The notes beneath the pieces are model-generated. The model saw nothing but the letters and a program-made list of their open reading frames with translations. It searched no databases and was not told where the DNA came from. A stretch of DNA of 64,000 bases from NCBI GenBank assembly GCA_030141605.1, contig JAQGDQ010000019.1, positions 930,001 to 994,000 of the forward strand. Direction: 5' to 3'. The stretch comes from Tubiluchus corallicola (taxonomy: Eukaryota > Animalia > Priapulida). The translations under genes and the position numbers were made by a program. Shown here piece by piece: positions 10,801 to 25,800 of the stretch (positions within the stretch are counted from its first letter, which is position 1; the number at the start of each line of letters is the position of its first letter).

Positions 10801-13800
10801 CTATTATATAAGCTTTTCTATTTCAAATCTTCAAGTTTGTAGTCACTCTTAAGGAGCTCAGCATTGAGATAAAAGAGGTCGCTACAGACCTAAGGCTAGT
10901 GTGTACAATTTGCAATAATTAATTTGCGTAGTAATCAAAGTGTGAAATCGCCTATCATAATTTTTTTCCTACAATCCAAACCGAAAACCATGTAATGTAG
11001 GGTAATAAAAAATTGTTGTTATACGTGTGCGGTGTGAGTGCTATACTATAGCTGACCATTGATAGAAAATAACCATTGGGGATAGTCGAAACATTTGTAT
11101 CCTGCACAATTTCTAAATAAATGCCAGTAGGTTTGTTTATCACAATGGTGATGATTTTGTTTTTGTTAACACACTAGCCTCACGTATGTGTTTTGCGCCT
11201 TTTGTACTCTGCTTTATTAAATTTATAGTAGTTTTTTAGTTCAAAATTTCTTCTGTATTCGCAGTTCGTTTGGATAGTCATCAAAAATATAGTTTCACTT
11301 TGCCATGGTGACACATGTTTTTTTCTGTAAGTCGCGCGCATTGCTCATACTGGACCTAAACAAAGCTGAATTGTTCCTAGGCAAAATTTTTCAATTTGCT
11401 AAAAACTTCGTCGCCACCATAGCGAATACATTATTTAATTCAAAAATTCGTTTAACTTCTTATTACCACATGGAAGTAGACAAGTAAAAACAGAAGTGGT
11501 ATAATGGTGAATCATTGTTAGAGTTCGGAGTATGAACTGCGTGAGGCCCTGAACATAAAGCTGATTCTCAACTCAGGCTCTTACGCAGATCTTTACGTTT
11601 TAAATGCCACTGGATTTTATTAAACTAACGATCAAGGATTAAACTAAAATGATCAAGAATGAGAACAATAACGAATTGCCAAAAAATTTCATGTACAGAG
11701 ATTAAAGAGAATACCGTTTCAGAAGTATCAGATGAAACTAGGAGTAAACTCAACTCAGGGGTAGCAGAAATCGAAAATTTAACACTGGAATAACGTAAAA
11801 GAAACCACGGAGCAAAAGAAATGATTGGTAATCAACAAAAAAGGCAGATATAAGTCATCGTTAAGCAAACATGAAATTTTCAACAGAGCAGTCATTCTAA
11901 AAACAACGAAAATAAGTAGTGTTATAATTATGAATTTCATTTAATAGAAGAAATAGAATTTCGCAATAGAAAAAAATTGAGGAAACAACGTGCTCAGAAC
12001 TTCCGACAATGATTAAAAGATATTAGATGATTCAAGTAGATGTTACAGTGAGAAGTGCACACTATCCCTCATAAGAACTATATAGAGATAAATAAATATT
12101 TGTATTTATTTATCAATTTAGCACACTAATAATTAAACTAAGTTCGGAAACTAGTCTGCTTTGCTGTAGGCATAAATATATTATAAAAAACAATATTGGT
12201 ATTGAAGTACTGGATTTGTCAAGTTAGGCTTACATAATGAGTGGTAGCATTGTTATGTACACTGAATGTATAATAGTTTGTGTAAGATACTTATTTTATA
12301 TAAAAGAGACAGATTACCTTGCCTAGAAATGTATGGGCCTATTATGGGCCTATTTGAAAGAAACGGAGCTTTTTTTTTCAGTTCCATACCTGGATTCGGT
12401 TAACTAATCTGCTTTTATTTTTAAGGCTGCACATAAGATCGCGATAGTTTAACCAGGTCATTATCATTTCCTGGATCCTTGCAGAAATCCTGGTCAGTAT
12501 GGTATTGACTTCTTTGCAGGATGTTACGTTCTGCATTAATTAGAATCAAGGCGCAAAATATAGCAGCTAATTGCTGACTGCACACTGCACAGGATATGAT
12601 TACACAGCGTACATGAATTGACGCAGTAAGTCAAACGAACATGGCTTCTATAATGAGAAAGTTATCAGATTTATCACATCCTATTGTATCATTAATTACT
12701 GGTCCCGTGCATTTATGCATGAAGTCTTGTGTAGTAAATTAACCACAGATTTGGTTTCCATTTCTGCATAAAAAAATAAATAATAATTATTCACAATTAT
12801 GTTAGTATGCTGTTCTGTATGTTTTGAATTTGAGTTTTTTATTCGCCTTAAATTTTAAAACCATCTAGACTTCGTTTTGTTGCTATAATAGCATTTTCTG
12901 CTCAATTCGATGTGTGACATACATGCATATGCCATTTTACTAAGTGAGTAAGACATCCATTGTAACACACACTAAGTTTTAGGATCTGAAATTTGATGTT
13001 TTGAAGTTTTTTTATGAAGCTTTCATTATTATTACATTCAGTGCCATATAGTGACATTCAATACATGGTGACATCGAAATTGTTACTTCATACAGTAATA
13101 CATTATTAGGTTTTATACACTATCGTTGTCATAAAAGAATAATTGTATGCTGGAAAAGCAAAGGCTTGTAAAACTGTCATCTGCGAATTAGTCATTAACA
13201 AACTAAGGGTCTGTTTTATGATTAGCCAATCTTGTCCTCGTTTTATGACTATACTAACTAATTTATTGTTTTAAATCAGCCTTCAATTTGTAATGGACTG
13301 TGTCACAGCTCCCTGTATCTATGGTTTGCATAAAGGTACCGCCGTTGGCATTTGTTGGCATCACGAGACTTCATAGATTTGCAGGAAGTTATACTTGAGA
13401 GAGCATTGGTTGCTAAACTGGCCTCGCATTTTTAAGCTATTTTTATTAGCTGCTTGCTCATGTCTACAAAAGATACAATATACATAACAGGCATAATTGT
13501 GATGATGATGAAGTTGATATGGCATATGCATAGTAGTGTCTAGTTTGTTCGCTGGATTACTGCTGTGGTTACTTGTTTTGAGGGAAGATTTTTAGAATTT
13601 TGCCTGGCTAACGTCTATAGCATACGTAATGGGCGTATGATGAGATAGGGGTGCCTGGCATGATGGCATCAACAGATAGAGTGTGTCGTGTTTTAGAACG
13701 TAGAGGCACTCAACGACGAGAAGTGGTGTTAACAAGCCCTTAATTTCTTTACAAACCATCCACGTTCTTAGTGTATGCTACTAGTCTACTAGTACTAGTA

Positions 13801-16800
13801 CTACTCTTGATCTGAATAACTATTGTAAAATTGCTAAATGTGTTTGAGCATTACATATTCTAATATTATGTGTAGTTGTGTGCGATGTCGATGTTAAGGT
13901 GATCTTGCAAATGGGCATTTTCTATTGATGTCTGTTTGCTCGCCCGATCTGTTAAAGCGGATCCTGTATATCCACAAGGTTCGTTCTGTGTAATTTCTTC
14001 ACGTATAATATCAATACAATAGTTCCTGGATGGCGCACAGTAAGTTTGGTACAGGTAAATTTGGACATGGTAATTCTGGTGCAAGCGAATATTGTCACCA
14101 GGAAGATTTACTACTAGGAATTTTTGGTGCAGGGAAATTTTAGCACTGCGGACATTGGGTGCAAGGGAAAAGTGGTATTGGTAAATATAGTACTGGCGAA
14201 GTTTTGGTAAGCATTTTTCGTACAAATAAATCAGGTACAAGGCAAAAATGGTAAGCTTGTTGCTAGAAAAATCTAGTACTGGAGAAGTTTGGTAATAGGA
14301 AAATTTGATACAAAGGAAGTATCGTAAAAGGTAAGTTTGGTACTGCGAAAATAACTTACTCAAAAAAGTTATTGAGGTTCATATTGTTGCATTTGTTTTT
14401 ATTTGGTTTTTCGTTTGCTTGTTTGCCCGCTGTTTGTTATTTCATTCAGTGTCATTGTTCGTGTGTCTCTTGCCCACTCGTTTGTTATGATCATCATCAC
14501 CATTGCTGTCATCAATGTCACTTTATTGTTTTCCTGCTGTTGCTCTTGTCACTATTGCCATTACCATTGTTGTTGTTCTTTTCTGCTATTGTTATTGTTG
14601 TTGCTCTTATTGTCAATGTAACTGTCATTGTTGGTGCTGCTGTTGTTGGTGTTTTTGTATGTTTGTTTCTTGCATGATTTTTTTCTTGTGCTCATCATGA
14701 TTATTGCTGTCATAGGTACATTTGTTGTTTTATTGCTGTTGCTATTATTTGTTGTTTGCTGCTGCTATTGTTGTCATTGTTATTGTTGTTATCATTGTTG
14801 CTATTGCTGCTGTTCTTGTTGCTGTTGTTTTGCATGAAGAGTTTTACACTTAGAATCTTGAGTATAAAACTCTGTCTGCCTAGTGTGCGACCATTGAGAA
14901 ATATTGTTATTGAGGTTCTACTGAATTCATTGGATCTGAATATCATCAGGTACAGAATGTGAACATTTCTTATCGACAGCATACATCAATATTTTGAAAG
15001 CTAGGTCATTGTTCTTGCAGTTGACATACAGTAGAAACAATAGGGTCATCTGTACACTGCCTTGTGGAACCCTAGAGAGAGCAGGAGATGTAGCTGATGC
15101 TTCACTCTGAATCTCCACAAACTGGTACGATCCGTAAGTCAACTAGCAACCCGGTTAAGTAACTTTTCTGCTATACCAAATGTTTAATCATCTATCTTGC
15201 ATGTGGTACATTGCCGAAAGTTTTGGCTAGACATACTAAATCGACAGGCATTCCTTGGTCAAGCTTTGAGAAGACAACTTCCAAAAAGTATGCTATAATG
15301 TACTAATTCGCTGTCAGGCTTCTAGGTATTGCATTATTTGATTAGCCATCAGTCACTCAGGGACTTTACCAATAATACTAGTAATAGCGATAGTCTATAA
15401 CTTGTTGGTAAGCTTCTTGCTCAAGCTTTCTGTGGATTAGACTGATTCTAGACAGCTTCCACTCAATAGGTACAACACCATTTTCAAATTATTTCTTTAG
15501 CTACTGAGCAGTCTTGATCAAAATCAGAAGATGGATCTGAATGACACAGTTTGCTGGTACAAGTTGATACATCTAGTGTCAAGTTCTACAGTCGACATCA
15601 CAGATAAATCTTCCCTAGTATATACACTAAAGAATTGTGCATTGAGTATGTCGACCATTTTGACTGAGTCAGTGATTAATTTTTGTTTTTCTAGAATGAT
15701 CTGGAGTCACGTAGAATGTTTTCAACAAGTTTGCCAGATGACCTGCTTTAAAGTAGTTAAATCTTTGTTTTGCACTAAATTGTATCAAAGAATTGCAAAG
15801 CCAATTCTAAGCAATGATTGCATGGCCTGGTATTCCAAGGCATTCTAGGGCCTCAAAATCAGAAACAATAAGTGAATCATTTAAAAAGACCAAGTAAAGA
15901 TTGTTTGACGCAGTTCTGGTATGTCAGTGTGTTGAGTGAGAAATGAGTCAATAAATTTACAATTGCCTGTGAGCGTAGTCCATTTTGCGCATGTAATAAA
16001 CCACCAAAATTCTTATGAGCTTGTTCGGTGTTGATCTTTCCTGAAATTAGAGCTGGGAGCTTTGTAAATAACTCCCACAGTCAGCTTCTGTTCGTGTTTT
16101 AGATGCATGTTTCCACTTGGAAATTCCTCAAGTTTGGTGAAACAAGTTGTCGACTAGGTAATGACATTATCTCTTGAAAACATCAAGAGCCATTATGATA
16201 CAAGCCACCGCAATTTTTGGTTAGTTTGTATAAGGCAAGTTGACTAATGAATCATCTACTGCGCCGTGTCCTAATAATTCAGTAATGAATACGACATGTG
16301 CCTGTAGCAAAGCAATATATGAATTCAAGTCAGAAAGCTGGTTAAAAATAGTTCAAGTATTGCAGTACAGAATGATTAGCATCTGGTTAGCCGTAAGTTC
16401 AGTTGTGGTGCAGGTACTTGTGTACAAGTATCATTTGACGATAATACCTTAAACAACTTATTACTTTTCCATAGTAACTTTCCAGTAATAATAATTAATA
16501 CGCAGCCTAATAACAAGTCTGTAGTTGACAAAATAACTGGTAACAGACCTAATATGCACAATATCATACACAATTTGGGAGTACACAATCACAGTAAACT
16601 TACAGTTTTTGCACGCACATCTTAACCCTAACGTAACCAAAAAATAATAGAAACTCTGACTCGGTCTGATGCGTGTGTATTCCTACAGTGTATTCATACT
16701 AGGTAATAGTGCAACTACATTAAATACGAAGGTATATTTGACTGATGTTAAAAAATAAATAGTTAGAGATTTGGAAAACAAGTTGTCTTTTCCAGTGCTG

Positions 16801-19800
16801 CAAAAAAAACAAATCTGATTAAGAAATGCCAAATTCTATGAGGTCAAGAAGCGATCTCTCTCATAGACGTTGGCTTATTCAGTCTGACTAGAAATAATTA
16901 AGTGATCAATATGTGTGCTTATTGAGAGAGATTTGTTGCTCATTACTACTATAAATGGATGAAGGGACGAACCTTGAAAACTGCCTTCGGATGGGTTTAT
17001 CTGCTAGGTCTAATCCTACCTTAATCTTCGAATATGCAATGATGAGGAATTGCAGTCCAGGATATAGAGTTTTGAACTGTATAAAAAATAAAGACATCAA
17101 AAATAGCATGAATGCGTATAACTCAAAGAAATAGAACTAACAAGAACAAAACTGAGGAATTTCATATAACTCACGAAGAAGATTAGTCGTGAAGACAATG
17201 CAAGCTTGCAAATATCTGGAAATCCTATTAAAGATGTACCAGGTATCCAGAGATTTAGTTTTAATCCCTTATTCTAAATTGGTAAAAAGTAAAAATATGA
17301 TCACTTGCAGAAAGTACTGCTGCCTAATTCTTTCTTAAATGTAACTCCTTTGTATCTAGTTTACTATGTTCCTTGATTAAGTTCAGATTTAGGAATCTTC
17401 TCTTACTAGGTTTTTCGGAAAATTTAAGTCAATGCTGGCAATAAACTATTATAACTAATCATGGGCAAAACTGAAACAAGTGACAAACTGGCCTAATAGG
17501 CCAAGTTACTATTTCACTTGGTTTTAACTCGCTGTCATTTTACAACTTGTAAAGAGTGTCAAGCAGTACTAATACACGTAAGTTAGACTGAACAGTTTTT
17601 GATAAAATGGATTTAATTATTCCTATCTTTTATTCTTTCTCTTGTTAAGTGAAGAGGTCATTCCTATATTGTATTTTCTGAAGTATGGTTTAACTGTGCT
17701 TACATTAGTTAAGGTTAAGCCGCTTTGTTATTGTAATAACGAATATATTCTTATTCTTTCAGGATCCGAAACTCAGGGAGGCTTGTAACATGGGAACGCT
17801 TGATGTCCCACTCGAAGACAAAACAGTCACTGTTGTCTATGGAGCAGACTATGTAAATCAAGAGTTTATCAACTTTGTGTCCAACTCTGCGGAGACAGCT
17901 CAGTTCTGGTCTACCGAGTTATTCAAAATGGCTCATAACCTACTAGCAAATAATTCTAATGCTATGCACTACATTGAAAGGGCGCACACCAAGTTGTGTA
18001 CCTTGGCATCAACTGATGGTCGTGTTCACGTAAAAAAGTAAGTAGAATGTTCTGTTTCAAAATTATTGGCTGTGGGAAAAATTGCTTTTTGCTAATAAAG
18101 AGTACTAACAAAACTTTGAGTTATATGCATGTACTGTGAGTATATGCATCTAAAATTCTAAAGATTTTATGTATCGTTCCTTCATCAAACTTGGGCTTCT
18201 TTTTGTGATAATGAGATCGACTATTTTTAAATTTTCAATGAAGCAGCTCTGCTTGAATGAGCTGCCGAGGAGGTGTAACATAATTGAATAATAGTGAAAA
18301 AAATAAATATATCTACATTGTACACATGCAGATGATTATAAAAGTAACATGAAAGTGACTTGATTACTAAACTAATTAAACATCCTTGTGACAACTGGAC
18401 TTTACAATAACCAGCTTCTCTAGCTTGTTTTAATATGAAGAAATTAACAAAACTATTCTTTTCTTACAAGCTTGGTTGGAAACATTTGGAAATATGTGTG
18501 AACCACTACTTTTCTGTTTCATTTTTGAGATTGGCATTAGACTGAAAATCTGCTAAAACTCTTAAGTGGGAATTTGGCCATCCTGTACTATATATTTTTA
18601 GTAAAATGGGTCAGATGCTTAAGATCTTTTTTGATGATGTTCATAAAAAATATTTTACTAACTGCATTCAAAGAAAAGTAAATATAAGAAGAATACCATT
18701 TATTACACTTTTACAAAAGAAAAATCTCTATATAGACCTATAAGCCTAAACTGATAAAACTTAAGATTTATCAAAGAAACAACAACACATCACAGCTACT
18801 TTGTTAACAAAAAAAGACGCAGAAAAATTTGAACAAAACACGTCGAGATCTCGCATTTAGTTTAGCACCCAGTGTGGAAGAGCAGATCTGAATTTTCATG
18901 CACAAATATAAATTAGTTGCTGCTCCAGTTTTTCTGATTGGCTCTGTTATGCTAATATACATCCAGTAACGTCCTTGCACAATTGGCATATGTTACTACT
19001 ACGATAATGGGAAAGATCTGTACTGCATCACTATTTGTTTGTAGTTTAAATATACATTTCATAAATATAGTTGAACTTTTTTTAAAAAAATTAACTAATC
19101 GTGAACATTTTTTGAAATTTGTGAAACTGTGAACATTAGGTAAATAGCTCCATTTAAGAATAGTTGTGAACGAATATGTATATTGTGAAAGTGCTAGTTT
19201 GAATGCTAGTGTTTCATTTTTTAAATTAAATTTCATTGTCTCATTTACAGATTTGCATCCACCGTACAATTATTTCGAAATTTTTGTGGTTTATCATCAA
19301 GCTGGTGACCCCAATGACAATGTACTATCAGTGCATTCAGACTAGCGAGCTTTCTTGCCAAGTTCCTCACAAGCATGTTCAGACTAGAGAGTAAAACTTG
19401 GTGCGAGTGACTTTCCGACAGTAAGCGCGAGCTGACAGTCAATTCTCTATTCACTGAGAGAATTGTTGAAAGTAGATCAGGTATTCACACTAGATAGTGA
19501 CTGGCAGGAAATGAACTTATAGCAACTGTCGGAGAGTTTGCAATAACTTGCCATCAGTAACTCGCAAAGCTGTTCACACTGTGCAGTTTCTACCAGAGAG
19601 AAAACTTGCTAGTTTGTATGCGCCTTATAACTTTGTTGTATTGTCTATGTCTGAGAGTAATTCCATTGCCTGTGTGAGCGGCAAGGATAAAATTTACTGC
19701 TCATTCAAAATATTGATCAGTAAAGTTTTATATCAAGACATGTTTTACATTAATAATTTATTCGCCCTCGATTTCTGCGAATTTTCTGCTGTGCCGAGTG

Positions 19801-22800
19801 TTGAATAATAATTATGATCAATTATTTCTAAGTCCTCTGACAAGGTGACATCCCGAGATGATTTTGTTGCTTATTCACCCAAGTTTTTACTTTTCCATTA
19901 TTTGCACCTTTGCATCATTTTTGGTAAAAGCGATGATGTGAGATTAATTTTTTTTTTTGAATTTGCAAAATTTCTGATTATGTTGTTAGTATTCCTTCCT
20001 TACAGTACACTCGCAACTTTTGTTTTCATCAGTTAAAAGTAAATTGTGTAATTTGTGATTTGTTATCACTCCTGCGGACCTGCAATCCTATGATGTTATG
20101 GTTACTGCAGGTTGATTTTTTCAATATTTATTAAATGTTACTATTATATATTGAATGTGCTTAATATTAGGAAAAATTTTTATTTGCAGCATTGTCCGAA
20201 TGATTGCACAAAACAAGGATGACCGCAAGAGGGTAGAGAAAGCATTGGAGCAGGCTGGATTACCTGCAGGAAAAGTAAACTACATTTATTTTTCTGCAGT
20301 CATGTACCTAAACTCATTTCCTTTTATAGTTGTACACTTTTACTGTGTAGCATTTTTTCTTTTATTGGAACGTAAGCATTAAGTAATGAGTGATGATGCA
20401 AAATCTGCATTTTCTAGAAGAACATATTAATTTGACAAAGTAATAAGTGCTAAATTCTCTGCTGACAGTTTTCTCAGTGCAATGTTTGTGTGGTAAGTTG
20501 CTCGCACAGATAGTTACCTGCTACAATCTAACCAAAGATGTTAGAAAGTCTCTTATAATAAGTCTTGATTCCAGTCCCAAGTCAATAGCATCAAGTCTCT
20601 GACAAGTCTTTAACAAGTCCCACGTCAAGTTTCAAGCTTTTTGGTTCAAGTGTTAAGTCCAATATTGCCTAATATTACTCTGAGGTTATAGATTAAATAT
20701 AAGCTTTTATGCGTAATGGTATGCATCCAATTTAAAAAATATATAAAAATAGAAGAGAAGTAATTAAATATTTGTTCAAATTTGAGTTCACATTCAAATT
20801 TTCAAGTTTACAACTAAAGTATTAAATTTATTTATAATTGTTTAAGCTCCATACAAGCAACATCTTTAAAGCAGCCAAGGTGGTGCGGTATTTGTTGCAA
20901 CAATCAATGCTAAATCATATGATAAATCAATAAAACAATGATTTATTCAAATACAGACTGACTGTTAAAATGTGCTGTTGCACTTTAAATAGAAAAATCG
21001 AGTGCGATATTATTTTTTTCACTCATATGATGTGGCCTCTCGACTGAGGCACTAGTTTGTCAGAACTGCTAACACTCTAACTGCAACCTGATACGACATG
21101 AAGCGAATTGCCGTATTACTTATATTGAATAACGTAGATGATTTTAAAAGGATTAAAGATACTCTTTGAAGTATTATTTGAATATATTATATTCAAAATA
21201 TTATATATTAAATACTAAAAATATTATTTGAAGTGCAAATAAACTATAGAACATATACAGTAAAAACTATGAAGTGACTTGAGTCAAGTCTCACGGAGTT
21301 CGAGTTTCAAGGAACTCGAATTTAAGTCTCGAGTCCCAAGTCACCAACTCTGCAATCTGCCATAACTAGTTAGTTGATTATTTGATTAATTCTTTACATA
21401 ATTACAGTGCTGATTGTATGCCCAAAATGTCATAGTTATCCTATATGAATTTACATACTAATTTATTCTAGTATGATTAGATTAAATTACATTAACAGCT
21501 TATTCCTGCTTAACTACGCATAAAAAACAGTATAAAACATACAATTAAAACATTTACAATAACTGAAACTTGTTCACTAAAATAATACTGAAATTACTAA
21601 TGTACAAAAATGAGAATAAAAACTTATAAAATATACATGTATGTATTGTATAAGCTCTTTAAGATCACTCATAAAGTATATATGGTGATCTCTTTATTAA
21701 GCTCTAGTTGTTTCAAAATTTGCTTATCACATTTACATCTTCTCTTGTAGCATAGTATAGTAACGTTAAGCAGTTAAACCTGACCTAATTGGTTTTGCAT
21801 TATCGTTCTAGAATGACTCTATTGCCATAGAGAAATTTACATTTGAAGCTTTTTTCCGATTTTACAAACATCTTACTGGACGAGTAGAAATGCACCAAAT
21901 TTTTCGAGAAATGTAAGTACATTTATGGTCACCATCTACTTCCAAATTTGTTCTATTTGCGAGTTATTTGAATTTTGTTTTGTGTTATATTTTTTAGTTA
22001 TCAAAACATCCTATAATTTTTTTTAACTTAGCATTTCTAAGTGCTAGAATTAGACTAAAATCTCTTCTGATAAATATGCCAGTATTACATAATAATTACA
22101 AAATGCATAGCCTAATTTATTTCAATGGTGCATTTTTTGTATACAGTTCCTCTGTCTGATTTAATTTATGCAATCCAGAATTGCAAAATATAGGTAATTA
22201 AAGTCCCTCAAAATTTAAATCTAGTTAATTAAAAACTAATACTATTCTATGCATTATTTGGGGAGATCTGTTTGTAAAACCGAGGAAACGCTACAAACTC
22301 CTTTAATCTTCTTGTATGGTATCATTTGCAGTTATTCCTGTAGCTGGCATTGTAGAGCTTAACACTTATTGAAAACGCTTCTCAAAAATAAAGAAAATCG
22401 TATTAATTTAAATAACGTAAATAAATGAATTGGCAGGCACCTCAAATTACGTGTTGTTGTCGTTTTTATGTTGGTAATCACTTGAGAGTTCTTACTTATC
22501 GCCATGCTTTTTGCTAACCAAATGTAATTTTTTGGCTAGTGTTTTCCCTCTAGAAGTTGTTGATTCGGGTTGTCATTTTTAAAAGTTGCATTGCATGTAC
22601 AATTCTCCATATATTATTTATACTACTACATTGTTGAAAACGACATTATTCCTCTTAACTTAAGTGTTATTATTGGATACTTCAAGGTTATTTACCTTTA
22701 TGCAACATGAACCTGAATTTATCAACCATGTAGAAGTTTGTGGTGTGTGATGCTGAATATAAGGAGATGATATTCATTTGATGTTTCATTTGCATTTATG

Positions 22801-25800
22801 TGTTTCTTTTGCATAGGTATTTAAGTTAAATTTTAGGCAATTTTTGTTACAAACTGATGCTCTCATACTTATATATGTTAAGTTGGTATCCTTAGAATAT
22901 TTAACAAACCTGTCCAGATTCTGTCTGATAAAGTTCTTCCTCTGAACTTTTTAACACTGACTCGATTTCAATTACTTCCTAAGCAGACAGCCACTGAGAA
23001 AAAAAAATGTGAGGCAACAAAAACTGCAGTTTAATACTTCACTGACTTTGTTTTATTTTTTTATTTTTTATATACTGTCTTCATTTCAGCGGCGCTGTTA
23101 AAAAGCCTTACCTGACAAAACCTCAGCTGGTAGAATTCTTGAACAACGAGCAGCGTGATCCAAGACTCAACGAGATACTGTATCCATATTTTGACAATAA
23201 GCGAGCACAGGAAATTATTGAAAAATATGAACCAGACAAGTCTCTTATTGCAGAAGGTGTGTTTATTGTTAGTTGTTAATGTTTGTCTGTTTTTGTCTTT
23301 ATTCTTTAGTAGGACTTACACCTGAACCATACGTAGGACATCCGGCTTCAGAAATTTTCATTTGAGAAATGCATTTCCAGTGCATAAATGTGCACAGTGA
23401 TATTTTCTAATTAAAACAAAATGATCTCTTACAGGTCATCTCTCTCAGGAAGGTTTGCTACGGTACTTGATGTCAGACGATAACATAATAATCGCAAAAG
23501 AAGTTCTGGATCAGTCTGATGATCTTAATCAGCCGTTGTCTCATTACTTTATTAATTCTTCACATAATACCTACCTGACAGGTAAGTGTTGCTTGTTACT
23601 AGGTAATATCAGGCCATCACAAGCATTTTTATCTATAGATTTTGAAAACTCTCCCCACTTTTATCTTTGCTCATAACTAGGTACTTTAAAATAATTGAGA
23701 AATTAATAGGCATTTTTTTTTCATCGAATACTTTCTTGCATATACTTAATTTGTTATAGGTCACCAGCTGACAGGTAAATCATCTGTAGAGATCTATCGG
23801 CAAGTGCTACTCTCTGGTTGTCGATGTGTAGAACTGGACTGTTGGGAACGGGAGGAAGAGCCAATTATTACCCATGGCTTCACTATGTGTACTGAGATTC
23901 TTTTCAGGGAAGTAGTAGAAGCTATCAATGAGAGTGCATTCAAATCTTCTGATCTTCCACTCATTTTATCATTTGAAAATCACACGTAAGTTCATTGCAC
24001 GTTTTTTCATCTTGTTTTTGGTATGGCTTTACATAAATTTTCAGGATTTATAAACAATATAAAAAAACTAAGTTGATTTAAGGACATTATGCACAGGCTC
24101 AAATTGAATATCTTGCTGTAGAGATTTTTAGGGCATAGCACATTTATCCACCTACTTTTTAGGCAACTCAGAACTGTAAGAATTTTAATGAGCTTTACAC
24201 TGCAGTACAAGCTTGACATTATATTATTTCGTTTTGTTCAGGCAGTATTTTTATAACTGACTTTAGCACAGTTTAATGAAAAAGCATCATAAAGTGGTCC
24301 TAGACTTCTTGAAATTGAAAATGGTCTATCATGCCCTATCCTCTCCTTAAAACAGACGAGTAAACCAAAATTAATCAACATTCTATTACTTTTTGCATGA
24401 ACCTTGAGTCACATCTTGTGTTAAAATTGCTGCACAAGCCGCCTTCAGGCCATCATACATCAATCTATGTCTTCATACTTGGCTTTGTTTGCTAATCGAG
24501 AGAATCAACATGCATGGGTCTCAGATGTTTGTTTAAAGCAGAGTTGGTTAGCAGCAGCAGCAACAGGAATTTGTTGCCACTTTGCTTAGCAAAAGTATTG
24601 AATATTCAAGAAGAATTTAAGCAGGGCTTCATCTCCAATACTTAATCTAAGGAACCTAAAGTTAATAACTTTACATTCATACATTAATTTTTTATATATA
24701 ATTTGGTTTTGTCATTTGACTGCAACCATAAACATGGTTCTGTTTCTTCATTTCCTTGATAGTTTTGATCGCAAGGATTACATCGTTTGCATAAGTTTTT
24801 AATGTAGATATCTTTTTGTTGTCAATTGGCAAAAACATTTTTTATGCTAAATTACTTGCGTTGTGCATGTTTTCGTTACTAAGTTGCTGAGACATCATAT
24901 AAAGTTAATTTTGCAGGACGCCAAAGACTCAGGAGAAAATTGCTAGATATTGTAAAGAAATCTTTGGTGAAAGATTGTTGGAAGAGCCTATAGAAAGTCA
25001 TCCGGTAAAGCTATAGCATGTATACATTATATTAATTGCTGTCAATAATAGTTAAATAGAATAGTTAAGTATTTTTAACATGCACTTAACATGAACTATC
25101 AACCATTTGGTTGATAGAGCAATATTAATTTGTACAGCAAAACGATTACCTTTGATGATTTTTCACTCTTTGATGTTTATAAATGTAATTTTAGTTTTTC
25201 TTATGCGCAACACTATTTTTATTTTAGTAGTGTCATATTTCTATTATTTTAAATGGGTTACATGTGTAAATTTGATATTCAAGTGACTAATGCCATGAGA
25301 TTGTTAGCCAAAGAAGCATGCTTTAAAATTAGTTTTTGCATTACTGTGCTTTGCTAACTTTGACTTCTGTGAAAGTGTAAAAGTGTGAAACTGTTGATGA
25401 ATTTATTTCTAGATTGAACATGGTATACCTTTACCTAGCCCACAATCGTTACGTGGAAAAGTGATTATCAAAAATAAAAAGAAAAAGGCAGCTCGAGGTA
25501 AGTTCTGTTAGCAATTAGGGTCTATAAATGTTTTTATAAGCTATCATCACCAAAATGTCAGGCCAGTTTTCATTGCATTTAAAGCGTCAGATTAGACTTA
25601 CCATTTAGTATTTTTGTTTCATAATAGTAACACCAATGTCTTCTAAACTTCATAGTTTGTTAGTATTTAGAACATTATAACCAGTGTTCGTAGAGTTGTT
25701 GTAAAACCAAGTACATAGCAGTTTGTGTGTTTGTGTTACTTTTCTTGCGAATAATAAATCTTTCTCACTTTCCATAATATATTTGAAATTTATTAAGTAC

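Noticed and set aside
13866-14982. 165-aa ORF and the Leu/Cys/Asn-rich ORFs
   Set aside because: These are translations of the 15-nt array and the TTG microsatellite, with no domain or splice support.
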